64,000 bases of DNA from Spirochaetia bacterium (GTDB lineage Bacteria; Spirochaetota; Spirochaetia; SZUA-6; Bin103): the NCBI GenBank assembly GCA_965203905.1, contig CBDBDQ010000005.1:2272001-2336000 (forward strand), written 5' to 3'. This document shows, piece by piece, positions 39,326-49,068 of this stretch. Position numbers and translations under genes: made by a program. Numbering within the stretch: position 1 is the stretch's first letter; every line of letters starts with the position of its first letter. Under the pieces are notes generated by a model, which worked only from the letters and a program-made list of their open reading frames with translations, did not search any database and was not told the origin of the DNA.

Positions 39326-39919
39326 TTTCTCGGGTGAATGGAGAGTCAGGTGTTGTGCCCGCCCCGGGGGGGACTCCTCACCATTTGTCAAGGCGAGTTT
39401 TCGGTCGCTGGAGCATGAGGGCAGGTACCTTGCGGCCACCCGGAGGGATTAGATAAAACGGCGGCGGTAAAGGGGGAGGGGTGCGGGGAGGGGGTGTCGT
39501 GGCGCTGTGGATATGTGGATAAGTCCGAGGCGTCGCCGAGTGGTCAGTGGCTGCGTATTCCGGTGACAAGCCACCCATTCCGGGAAAGAGCCACCGGGGA
39601 GTGGTCCGATCCTGTGACAGTGAGTACAGCGGGGTGGCCTTTTTGAATCAATCTGACGGTGCGTGCAAAGGGAGTTCGGAGCGGGTAACGGCGTTCCGGC
39701 CAGAGTGTCCCTGGGTGGCCTGTTCGGGGGTGCCTGGGTACACCAACTTGGCTGAGGAAACTGCATCGACGGTGCTCGGATCTGCGTAAGCGACGCCGTG
39801 ATGTGCCGGAGGGTGCCACGTCGTCGACGGAGCGCCGGTGTCGGATTGTTGTTCGAGGTTCCGGGAGCAGGCGTGGCGAATCGCGCGGGGCCAGCGGTGC
39901 GGGTATAGCGCTGGGAACG

Positions 39920-40812
39920 GCGTTGACGGGCACTATTCTGATTTTCGGGGGTACTTGAGGTACCCCCGCAGGTTTGGAAGGGCCTCTGAGGGCCGCTGAG
40001 CGGCCGACTCTGACGCCGAGCGGCCCGCTGACGGCCAGGCGGCGGTGCCTGACGACCGTGGAGCGGGCCGAATGCCGAGATCGTGGGCGCGATGGTGCGC
40101 ATGCCGCCGCCGCTGCCGCGACCTCGACCGGTGGTCCGGCGGCCGGCAGCGGCAGTCGGCTCGGAACAGCAACCCGACGACTGCACGCAGGTTGCCTCGA
40201 GTGCAGTCCATGCGGACGCCGGAGCGGCGGACCGCGCGCGGTCGGCGACGCTGAGAAAGGGCGTTTGACGGGCACTATTCTGATTTCCGGGGGTACCCTG
40301 GAGTACCCCCGCGGGTTCGGAAGGCCCTCTGAGGGCCGCTGAGCGGCCGACTCTGACGCCGAGCGGCCCGCTGGCGGTCAGGCGGCGTCGCCTGACGACC
40401 GTGGAGGAATACGAATGCCCGAGGTCGCGGGCGCGACGGTGCGCATGCCGCCGCCGCTGGCGCGAACTCGACCGGTGGTCCGGCGGCCGGCAGCGGCAGT
40501 CGGCTCGGAACAGCAACCCGACGACTGCACGCGGGTTGCCTCGAGTGCAGTCCATGCGGACGCCGGAGCGGCGGACCGCGCGCAGTCGGCGACGCTGAGA
40601 AAGGCGTTTGACGGGCACTATTCTGATTTCCGGGGGTACCCTGGAGTACCCCCGCGGGTTCGGAAGGCCCTCTGAGAGCCGCTGAGAGACCGACTCTGAC
40701 GCCGAGGGGTCTGCTGACGGCCAGGCAGCGGTGCCTGACGGCCATGGAGGGGTCCGAATGCCGAGATCGCCGGCGCGACGGTGCGCATGCCGCCGCCGCC
40801 GCGAACTCGTGG
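39920..40812. repeat. ~343-bp tandem repeat, about 2.6 copies
   Basis: TTGACGGGCACTATTCTGATTT starts at 39923, 40265 and 40608, and the units align throughout. Confidence 0.92.
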
Positions 40813-40878
40813 TGGCAACCCCGGAGCGCCGCGCGTAGCAGTAACGCGCCCGCCGCGCTCGGGGCGCCGGGCGGGGCG

Positions 40879-41639
40879 CTAGCCCAGCCGCTCGGTTGTA
40901 TCCCGGTGGGCACGCTCGGCATACAGCTTGCGCACCGAATTTCCTTCCAGGTTGATGCGGTGGGCGCCGTGCACGATGCGATCACAGATCGCGTCGGCGA
41001 TGGTGGGCTCGCCGATCACCTCATGCCAGGACGACACCGGCAGCTGCCAGACCATCAGGGTCGAGGCTCGACCGTGGCGATCTTCGAGCATCTCCAGCCG
41101 CCACAGCCGCGCCAGTGCATCCAGCGGCTCCAGGGCAAAGTCGTCGATTAGATGATGATCAGTGCCTGCTTGCTGATCTTCTCCAGTTCGCGCACGTAGC
41201 TGCCGTCAGCCTTGGCCAGACGCAGTTGCCCGAACAGCCGCGAGGACGCATGGTAGCCGACCCGGAACCCGCGCAGACACGCCTGATGGCCCAGCGCGGA
41301 GGCGAGGAAGCTCTTCCCGGAACCGCATTTGCCGGTGATGATCAGGTCCTGGTGGTGCTGCACCCAGCGGCAGTCGGCCAGGCGCAGCAACTGGTTCTGG
41401 TCCAGGTTGCGGCGCAGCGAGAAGTCTACCTCCTCGATGGCGGCCGGGTAGCGAAAGCGGGCCGCCTTCAGCAGCCGCCGCAGCCGCCGCGCATGGCTCC
41501 CACTCGGCATCCACCAAGTGGGCCAGCAACTCGTCGGCGCTGCACTGGCCTGGGTCTCCAGGCTGGTGCGCAGCGCCCGCGCCATGCCGTGCAGGCGCAT
41601 CTGGTCGAGTTGGTCGAGGGTGGCCTGGTTATTGGTCAT
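40879..41639 (-). pseudogene. istB: IS21 helper ATPase IstB, frameshifted
   Basis: MRLHGM, RRLRRLLKAARFR, GKCGSGKS, IDDF, LEDRHGRAST and ADAICDRIVH.AHRINL.G.S.RK, spread over several frames. Confidence 0.9.
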
Positions 41640-41748
41640 CGTCGCGATAGCCCTCCGAGGACCAAGTCTCGGCGTATCCGGTGGTGGCAGGCTACCGGAT
41701 CGAACCCGTTGTTCGCGCTATCACAGTCTCATCTGACCTGCCCCTCGA

Positions 41749-42995
41749 TCAGGCGGCTGTCGAGCGGCTAACCCGGTGCTCGGGATCATACGGCGTTCGA
41801 TTACGCAACATCGCGCAGGCCACCTTCAGCAGCCGGTCCGAGACGGTTCGCAGGGCGCGGGCATGGCGCTGGCCGCGCCCGCGCAGCTCGGCATACCGCT
41901 CCCGACTCGCCGCATCGTGCTGGATCGCCACCCGCGCCCAGTGATACATCGCTTCCCGCAGCCGCTTGTTGCACGCACGTCGCATCATCACCACGCAGCT
42001 CTTCCCCGACCGCCAAGTCACCGGCGCCACTCCGGTCAGGATGCGCAACGTGTGATAGTCTCGTGCTGCCAGGGCCTGCGTGGCCTCTGCGAGCAGCGTG
42101 GCGAGCACGATCCGACCGATTCCGGGCATGGAGCGTAGGATGGACACGTCACGCTGCTCTTCTGGTTCTGCCGAGTCGTCGTTGGCCACGATTTCGGCGA
42201 CTAATTCGTCCAGACGAGCGTGCGCCTGGTCGATCAGCTCGGTCACCGGTCGCAGCCGCACTATGACGCTCTCGATGTGCGCCTTCGCCGCCGCTGTCGT
42301 GCCGCGGCTTACCTGCAGCGGCTGCTGCCGCAGGATGTGCAGCACTCCGGCAGCATTGTGGCGTCGGATGCGGTTTCTCTTCAGGATCGCCGCGATCGAC
42401 GCCTTGCGGATCCGCGCTGCCTCCGCCGGCGTCGGTGCCTTCTCCCACAGCTCCAGGAACCAGGCGGCACCGAGATCACCGCCCAACTCCAGCATCTGCG
42501 GATAGTAGCGGCGCAGTTGCTCGCGCATGCGATTGATCAGCCGGTTGCGTTCCTGCTTCAACTCCTCCCTCATGCGCGACCATTCCCGCAACTCGATCAC
42601 CTCCGCTGCCTCCACCTGCAACTGGCGAAAACTACGCCGATCGGTGCGCAGCGAGTCTGCCAACACCCGCGCGTCGCGGCGGTCGTCCTTGGCCCCGGCC
42701 GCCGTAAACCGGTCGCGAAATCGATCCAGCTGCTTGGGATTGATCGCGTACACCTGCACCTCGCGCTGCAGCAGCATCTCCACCACCGCTCCATGCGGCA
42801 TTTCGATCGCCGCGTGCACGCTCGCCAAGTGCCCGCCGGACAGCTCTTCCAACCATGCGCACAGGTCGGCGATGCCGGCGCCGCTGTGCGCCACCTGGCG
42901 CTCCCCGATTACCTTGCCGTCTCCTTCGAGCACGCACACCTGATGCTGTTCGGTCGCCCAATCGACTCCCACGAACACTGTTCGTCGCCTGCCAT
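41749..42995 (-). CDS. IS110-family recombinase/transposase. True start is probably ATG 42995 with a 1-bp deletion near 42978.
   Basis: DEDD domain (FVGVDWA, AIE, KDDRRDA) and C-terminal SMPGIG...GVAPVT.RSGK. Confidence 0.92.
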
Positions 42996-42999
42996 ACTA

Positions 43000-43212
43000 C
43001 CCCCGAGAATCGTCTGTAGCTCGGCTGCCACGATGTCGTTTCCGCCCCTGTACTGGTGCTCCCGGCCTCCGGTGCTCCTGCAACCTCACGCCTTGGCACT
43101 ACTCCTCACTGGGTATCCATCGCGGCTCTCCCACCGGGGCACACGTCCCCCCCCCAGGTGCTCGCTGGCGCTCGGGGGGCCAAGGTGCTCCCGGCAGGTT
43201 GCCTTGCCCGCC
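43000..43212 (-). ncRNA. Predicted IS110 bridge RNA
   Basis: Non-coding left end downstream of a TAGAAT -10 box. Contains GTGAGGAGT (matches the right end), AGCA (complement of the left end) and GGGGAC (matches the target flank). Confidence 0.65.
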
Positions 43213-43423
43213 CGGGATTCTAGCAGTCCCCGACGAACTATCGAACTATCTACTGTTTAAAAGGGTACAGGGGGGGTAGAACGCACCGGTTGCGCGGTCT
43301 TCAACCGGCAGCCGCGCTGACGGGATCCTCAATCGGTGCACATGCGCTCCCAATCCCACGTCGGCAAAGTGTCACACACGTACGGCCACCTGTCAAACCT
43401 GTCAATGAACAGTAGTCGGTGGT

Positions 43424-43556
43424 CTATTGCATTCGGAGCACCTTGATGACGCGGTCGCGTTCAAGGACTTGGTACACGAGGCGGTGCTGGATGTTGATCC
43501 GGCGCGAATTCGCTCCGGTCAGATCGCCAATCAGTTTCTCGAACGGTGGCGGGTTG
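43424..43556 (-). pseudogene. yoeB: Txe/YoeB-family toxin C-terminal fragment
   Basis: Not in the ORF track. Translates as NPPPFEKLIGDLTGANSRRINIQHRLVYQVLERDRVIKVLRMQ*. Confidence 0.8.
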
Positions 43557-43599
43557 CAGCCGGGAACGGTTCCCGACGGCCGCGGCGCTGGGCAGTCCC

Positions 43600-44448
43600 C
43601 TACCAGGTGACGTAGTGCGGCGACGGGCCGAGTCGCTGGAGGTGCAGGGGCAGCAGCTCGTTCGGCAGCCCGTGGATCCGGTCTGCGGCGGCGATCCTGG
43701 TGCAGATCACGCTGTTGCGGTACTTGCGCGCCTGCTTCAGATCAGTCGAGCGGACCTGGCTGGTCGGCAGAATGCGCCCATGGACCTCCATGTCGTTGAT
43801 CGCGGTGAGGTACCCCCCATGCACCAGGTAGCGGTCGAACGCTTCGATCAAGGCCGCGGCGTCGCCACGTGAGTCGGCGATGCCCTTGAGATCGAGGTAC
43901 TCCGCGAACGACAGCGGGTAGAGGTGAAAGTCGACGCGCGGTGCCCGATCTCGGCGTCCCGGGAGACGGGTGCGCGCTTCCCGGATAATGACGGAATCGG
44001 AGCCGGTCAGAACCAGAACCACGTCGTCGAGCAACCCCGCGTCCGCGAGGAACTTGACACCGCGGTCCCAGTCGCGGATGTAGGTGACCGCGTCCACGAT
44101 CAGGTAGGCCGGCAGCGCCGGTGACCGGTCCGGGGCAACCCGCGTGAGCAGCGAAACCAGCGCGTGGTGGTCGTCGATAAGCTCCCCGGTCAGATAGAGA
44201 ATGCGCTGTGGCTGCACGCCTGCGTGCAACAGGTCGGCCATCCACTGCTTGAGGACCGTCGACTTGCCCACCCGACGACCACCGGTGATCGAGTACACCC
44301 CCGGCTGATCAACGGGGAGGTGTGCCAGGATGGGGTAGCGGTAGGCGATGGGCAGCCGTTGCAGTTCCCGGAGTTGCGGATCCATGGTGCGGAACAACGC
44401 CGGATCGTCGAGATGCAGGTTGTGAGGGGCAAAGCGCGGGTCGACCAC
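43600..44448 (-). pseudogene. AAA_14-type ATP-binding protein with an internal deletion of most of the DUF4143 half
   Basis: GGRRVGKST, YLIVDAV, VLTGS, LYPLSFAEY and YLVHGGY, then an abrupt short tail. Confidence 0.75.
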
Positions 44449-44500
44449 TGTGATTTCAGATAATTATCCTCCATGGGCAATCTACCCTACGGCAGCATAC

Positions 44501-44632
44501 TTTACGTCGGCCGCCTTTTCTTGCGGCCACGGCAAGAACCCGCAGGTCAAGCCGGTGTACGTGGCGAGTATCCGCTCGTTGCTCGCGTCCCATGCGGATG
44601 ACTTGCAGAAACTGCCGGGAGGTCAGAAGTGA
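44501..44632 (+). pseudogene. HicA-like toxin C-terminal fragment
   Basis: FSCGHGKNPQVKPVYVASIRSLL, coupled by GTGA overlap to hicB. No N-terminus. Confidence 0.55.
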
Positions 44633-45006
44633 TGAAGAGGCTCAACCCGTATGCGTACAACATCACGGTGCGGGAGTGCGTGTTCGAAGGCCAACCATTG
44701 TTCGAGGCTCGCGTCAAGGAGCTGCCGGACGTTCGGGAATATGCGGAGTCCGCACAGGAAGCCTACGATCTGACCATCGACACCATCGAGACGGCAGCCG
44801 GGATGTTTGCCGAGACCGGCCGGCCGTTCCCGCCCCCGACCAGCCCGCAGGATGAGTTCAGCGGCCGCGTTACGCTGCGCATTCCCAGAAGCCTGCATCG
44901 TGCGCTGGCGAGCGCGGCCGAAGACGAGGGTGTGAGCCTCAACCAACACCTCGTCACGGCCCTGACCCGCCTACACGCGAGTGCTGGCGCCAAGCGGCAC
45001 GGATAG
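44629..45006 (+). CDS. hicB: HicB-family antitoxin
   Basis: ARVKELPD..EYAES..EAY and FSGRVTLRIPRSLHRALA..AEDEGVSLNQ. Confidence 0.9.
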   Translation: MMKRLNPYAYNITVRECVFEGQPLFEARVKELPDVREYAESAQEAYDLTIDTIETAAGMFAETGRPFPPPTSPQDEFSGRVTLRIPRSLHRALASAAEDEGVSLNQHLVTALTRLHASAGAKRHG

Positions 45007-45080
45007 GGAGCCGCCACGCCGGCGAAGATCGCCGTCGCTGGCCGATGCGGCGCAGGCCGATGCCGTGCGGAACGCCACAC

Positions 45081-45196
45081 CTCGCTACGGATCGCGAGCG
45101 CAGGTTGGTCTCGATACCGCTGGAGTGAAGCTGCTCTTGGATCAGAACCTGGCGCCTCGCCTGGTCGGCAAGCTCAAGCATCTCGCGCTTCGCTGA
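45081..45196 (+). pseudogene. Junction remnant of a DUF433-DUF5615(PIN) toxin-antitoxin pair
   Basis: LATDRERRLVSIPLE* overlaps (GTGA) with MKLLLDQNLAPRLV... which stops after 23 codons. Confidence 0.65.
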
Positions 45197-45277
45197 GTGC
45201 CCGAGCCGGAATAGCGCCGGCAGCCGGCTCAGTTTCCTTGACAGCGCCCAGCCAGCCAGCCGCAATCCGGTCAGCGG

Positions 45278-46210
45278 TCAGAGGCGGCCGACGCTGCCGC
45301 GCAGGCGGGGGTCGAGCAGGTCGCGCAGCGCGTCGCCGAACATGTTGATGCTGTAGACCACGATGGTCAGGCACAGGCCCGGCCAGATCGCCAGTCGCGG
45401 CGCCATCTCCATGTACTGGCGGCCTTCCCGGCTCAGCATACCGCCCCAGCTCGGTACCCCGGGCGGGAGGCCGAACCCCAAGAAGCTCAAGGACGCCTCC
45501 GCCACGATGATGCTGCCGATGGTGATCGAGAAGATCACGATGATCGGCGCCATGATGTTGGGCAGCACGTGCCGCAGCAGGGTCCGTGTGGTGCGTTCGC
45601 CGATCGCCTCGGCCGCCCGAAAGTAGTCGTTCTCCTTGATGCCGATCACCGCGCCGCGCACCACCCGCGAATTGCTGATGCCGGACGATACCCCCAGAAT
45701 CACGATGATCTGCAGCAGCCCCTGCCCCGCGATCGACATGATGGTCAGCAACAGCAGCAGCCCCGGGAACGACATCCAGGCATCGACGAATCGCTGCACC
45801 AGCAGATCCAGCTTGCCGCCGATGAACCCCGCGCTGCCGCCGATCAGCACCGCAACCACCACGTGCAGCGTGGTCGCTGCCAGGCCGACGAACAGCGAGA
45901 TGCGCGCCCCGTAGATCAGCCGGCTCAGGAAGTCCCGCCCGAGTTGATCGGTGCCCAGCGGATACTCGCCCGACGGGCCCTGCAGCCGGTCGGCCAGCGT
46001 CATCTGGTTGGGATCGTGCCCCGCCAGGGACGATGCGAAGATGCTGACCAGGACCAGCACCAGCAGCACCACGCCACCGAACGCACCCAGGGGCTGCTCC
46101 TTGATGAATCGTCGCGGCAACCCGCCCAGGAACAACCGGCGCCCCGGTCGCTTCGGCGCCGCGGCGGCTGCCCGTTCCGCGGCTCGTTCGTCCGTCACCC
46201 GTTCGGCCAT
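45278..46210 (-). CDS. DppC-like ABC permease, cassette 3
   Basis: Near-identical to 35184-36122. Confidence 0.93.
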   Translation of the reverse strand: MAERVTDERAAERAAAAAPKRPGRRLFLGGLPRRFIKEQPLGAFGGVVLLVLVLVSIFASSLAGHDPNQMTLADRLQGPSGEYPLGTDQLGRDFLSRLIYGARISLFVGLAATTLHVVVAVLIGGSAGFIGGKLDLLVQRFVDAWMSFPGLLLLLTIMSIAGQGLLQIIVILGVSSGISNSRVVRGAVIGIKENDYFRAAEAIGERTTRTLLRHVLPNIMAPIIVIFSITIGSIIVAEASLSFLGFGLPPGVPSWGGMLSREGRQYMEMAPRLAIWPGLCLTIVVYSINMFGDALRDLLDPRLRGSVGRL

Positions 46211-47166
46211 CAGCGATACCTGACCCGCGGATCCAGAACGGCATAGAACAGGTCGACAATCAGGTTGATTGCCATCACCGAGGCCGCGAACGTCAGGTTT
46301 ACGCCGGAGACCACTGGGTAGTCCCGGTCGGTGAGCGCGTCCAGCATGAGGCGACCGAGCCCCGGCAGGCTGAAGATGCTCTCCATGATCACCGAGCCGC
46401 CGATCAGCATCGGCATCTGCAGGCCGATCAGGGTGACCACCGGGATCAGGGCGTTCTTGATCGCGTGCCTGACGATTACGACCCGCTCTTGCAGGCCCTT
46501 GGACCAGGCGGTCCTGACGTAGTCCTGCCTGAGCACCTCCAGCATCATGGTGCGCGTCATCCGCATTGTGGCTGCCGCCAGGTAGGTGCCGAGAATCAGG
46601 CCGGGCACGATGAACACGCCGACACTGCCCAGCGGGTCGTCACGGAATCGCACGATCGTCAACGGCGGCGACCAGGCCCACCAGATGGCGGGAAAGGTCA
46701 GGATCAACGTCGCCAGCCAGAAGTTGGGGGTCGCCAGGCCGATGATGGCGACCGATCGCCCGACGTAGTCGGCGGCCGTATTGCGACGCATCGCCGAGTA
46801 GATGCCGACCGGCAGCCCGATCAGCAGCCCGATCACGATCGCCATCACTCCCAGCTCGAGGGTTGCCGGCAACCTGCCTAGTATCTTCTCCTCGACCCGC
46901 CAGTCGCCCAGGAGGGAATTGCCCAGTGTGCCGCGCAGGAAGATATCCCCCAGCCAGCGTCCATACTGCACGTACACCGGCTGGTCCAATCCCAACATCC
47001 GCTCGACCGCTTCACGGTCTATGTCGCCGGTCACGTACTGCATCTTCCCCGCCAGCGCATCTACGGCATCGCCCGGCAGGAAACGCACCGACAGGAATAC
47101 CAGCATCGACAACAGCAGGAAGGTGGGTATCAGCAGCAGAACGCGGCGGATGACATACGCTCTCAT
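46210..47166 (-). CDS. DppB-like ABC permease, cassette 3
   Basis: Near-identical to 36122-37081. Confidence 0.93.
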   Translation of the reverse strand: MRAYVIRRVLLLIPTFLLLSMLVFLSVRFLPGDAVDALAGKMQYVTGDIDREAVERMLGLDQPVYVQYGRWLGDIFLRGTLGNSLLGDWRVEEKILGRLPATLELGVMAIVIGLLIGLPVGIYSAMRRNTAADYVGRSVAIIGLATPNFWLATLILTFPAIWWAWSPPLTIVRFRDDPLGSVGVFIVPGLILGTYLAAATMRMTRTMMLEVLRQDYVRTAWSKGLQERVVIVRHAIKNALIPVVTLIGLQMPMLIGGSVIMESIFSLPGLGRLMLDALTDRDYPVVSGVNLTFAASVMAINLIVDLFYAVLDPRVRYR

Positions 47167-47244
47167 ATCGTCGTGGAAAATGGGGCACCGGGAACCGCGA
47201 GGCTCCCGGTGCCTTCTCTGCAGGCAGAACGAGCGCGGAAGAGC

Positions 47245-49029
47245 TTAGAAGCCCATCTCCCGCTTCAGATCCTGGTCGACCCAGACGCGGGTCAAGAGCG
47301 TAGAGAAATTGCCTTCTCCGATTCGGATCTCGCCGTTATAGCCCTTGATCCAAGGCTGGGCGACGTTGAACTGCGCGCCTACCGGACCGGTGATAATCCA
47401 GTGCTGTTCTGCGATGCGCATATTCGCCGCCTTGAGCAACCGATTCTGCTCTTCAATAGTGGGAGCCGCGTTGGCGGCATTCCAGAGAGCGTCATATTCC
47501 GAATCGTCATGTGCGACCGGGTTCCAGATGGACTCGGTGGTGAAGGAACGCGATTGACCGATCGCGTCATACGTGAGACCTGATGTCCAGGCGACCAATC
47601 CGTCTGAACTATTCTCATGCAAGAACACCGTGTGTTGCGTACCGTCGATAGGCTGGATCTCGACTTCCACGCCAATCTCACGCCAGTAGTTCGCAGCCAG
47701 CTCCGCGTAGTTGAGATCGAACCGATTCAGGTAGTCCAGACGGGTCGTGAAGCCATCGGGATAGCCTGCTTCAGCCAGCAGTTGCTTCGCCCCTTCCGGG
47801 TCATACCGGTAGTATGGCTTGATCTCTTCAGGCCACTCTTCGAATGGCGTGCCAATCCCCAGCTTGGCATTGTTCAAGAACGCCTGCGGCGTCGGATCGG
47901 CCATACCGCTGAAGAAGGTCGCACTGATCGTCTCCAGATCCAGCGCCATCTGCATGGCCCGTCGCACGCGGATGTCATTGAATGGCGGTTTGTTAATATT
48001 GTTGGGCGCAAATGCGTGTTCGCTGCGGAACTCGTAGGTCCACGTATTGATCTCGGGATTGGTCTGGTGCAGGCTCTTTACCTGATCGATAGACCTCAAT
48101 TGAGAGTCGCCGACGGTCCCCAGCACATCCACCTTCCCCGACCGCAGCGCGGCCAGACGCGCCGCAGGATCCGTCATGATGAGGGCGTTTATCTCGTCGA
48201 CGTAGGGCAAGCGGTTGTGCGGGAACTTCTCATCGAACCCCCAGTAGTCGGGAGCCCGGGTCCACTTCAGAGAGGCGCCTTCGACCACGTCCGTCAGCTC
48301 CATCGGCCCCGTGCCGACCAGGTTCCTCCAGTCCTTGATGTCGCCGTGTTCCTGGATGACCTCCGGAGGGTAGATCACGGATGTCCACCAGTCGAAGATT
48401 TTCTGCAGGGCGTTAACGTCCGGGTTCGTCAGCTTGAAGACAACCGTGCTAGCGTCGGTCGCCGTCACGGACTCAACGATTTTTTCGATCCCAGCGGCGC
48501 CGGTGCCGGCTTCGGTGAAGCCGCTGCCCAGCCCATAGATACGATGAAAGTTGAACTCGACATCGCTGGCGGTCAGCTCCCGGCCGTTCATCGGTGCCTT
48601 GTCGTGCCAGTGAACGCCCTGGCGGATGTGGACGACGATCGTGGTCGCGTCGGGTGTGTCCCAGCTTTCCGCCAACGCCCCTCGGAGGACAGAAAAGGGC
48701 TGATCCCAGCTCCGCCAGTCATATTCGTTCCTGTCTATCGCCCAGTCCCCGATGACGAGCTTCTCGATCACCTCGCTGATCCAGTGGTGGGCGAAGCCGC
48801 CAATGTACCAGACGTCCGTATGCTCACCCAGGTTGGCCCGGGCATAGGTGATGGTTCCGCCATAGCGCGGGGCCTCCACCATCTCGCCGGTGGATGGGTC
48901 GAGCACCATCTCCTTCTCCATCGCCGCGGCCGGCTCCTCTTCCCCGGCCGGACTGGCCCAGATGCCGGTCGCGACCAGGGCAAACACGAGCACAGCCACG
49001 AAGGGGTGTGCAATTCTTGGAAGATTCAT
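47245..49029 (-). CDS. Family-5 ABC substrate-binding protein, cassette 3
   Basis: GGAGAG RBS before MNLPRIAHPF. Signal peptide WASPAGEEE. Paralog of 37160-38944. Confidence 0.92.
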   Translation of the reverse strand: MNLPRIAHPFVAVLVFALVATGIWASPAGEEEPAAAMEKEMVLDPSTGEMVEAPRYGGTITYARANLGEHTDVWYIGGFAHHWISEVIEKLVIGDWAIDRNEYDWRSWDQPFSVLRGALAESWDTPDATTIVVHIRQGVHWHDKAPMNGRELTASDVEFNFHRIYGLGSGFTEAGTGAAGIEKIVESVTATDASTVVFKLTNPDVNALQKIFDWWTSVIYPPEVIQEHGDIKDWRNLVGTGPMELTDVVEGASLKWTRAPDYWGFDEKFPHNRLPYVDEINALIMTDPAARLAALRSGKVDVLGTVGDSQLRSIDQVKSLHQTNPEINTWTYEFRSEHAFAPNNINKPPFNDIRVRRAMQMALDLETISATFFSGMADPTPQAFLNNAKLGIGTPFEEWPEEIKPYYRYDPEGAKQLLAEAGYPDGFTTRLDYLNRFDLNYAELAANYWREIGVEVEIQPIDGTQHTVFLHENSSDGLVAWTSGLTYDAIGQSRSFTTESIWNPVAHDDSEYDALWNAANAAPTIEEQNRLLKAANMRIAEQHWIITGPVGAQFNVAQPWIKGYNGEIRIGEGNFSTLLTRVWVDQDLKREMGF

Positions 49030-49068
49030 GCTGATCTCTCCAGACTCTTGATTGTGAGAGCGCTGTCG

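Larger units (their letters stand above)
39552..41639 (-). mobile_element. IS21-family remnant (right inverted repeat plus istB; istA and left end missing)
   Basis: TGCGTATTCCGG terminus with a repeated ATTCCGG..A.(A/G)AGCCACC motif (39552-39595), downstream of istB. Confidence 0.7.
39372..43226 (-). mobile_element. IS110-family element including passenger DNA
   Basis: Right end TTGACAAATGGTGAGGAGTC (39391-39372) plus left end TGCTAGAAT (43225-43217) join into a 17-bp-spaced promoter. Guide matches are present in the left non-coding end. Confidence 0.7.

Noticed and set aside
39506-39522. oriC
   Set aside because: Only two DnaA-box-like motifs, no AT-rich unwinding element and no dnaA/dnaN context. 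They lie inside a mobile element.
39920-40812. CRISPR array or repeat-protein gene
   Set aside because: Whole 343-bp units are homologous with no unique spacers, and no cas genes are present. The overlapping ORFs change frame between copies and are low-complexity.
41680-41712. tRNA 3' fragment (GGGTTCGATCC…CCACCA on the minus strand) as an att site
   Set aside because: The T-stem pairing and spacing to CCA do not fit a tRNA, and there is no second copy or integrase.
33864-45196. Integron cassette array of TA genes
   Set aside because: No tyrosine integrase and no recurring attC-like GTTRRRY/RYYYAAC boundaries were seen.
37160-49029. Diversity-generating retroelement acting on the binding proteins
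   Set aside because: No reverse transcriptase or template repeat is in the window, and the differences do not look adenine-specific.
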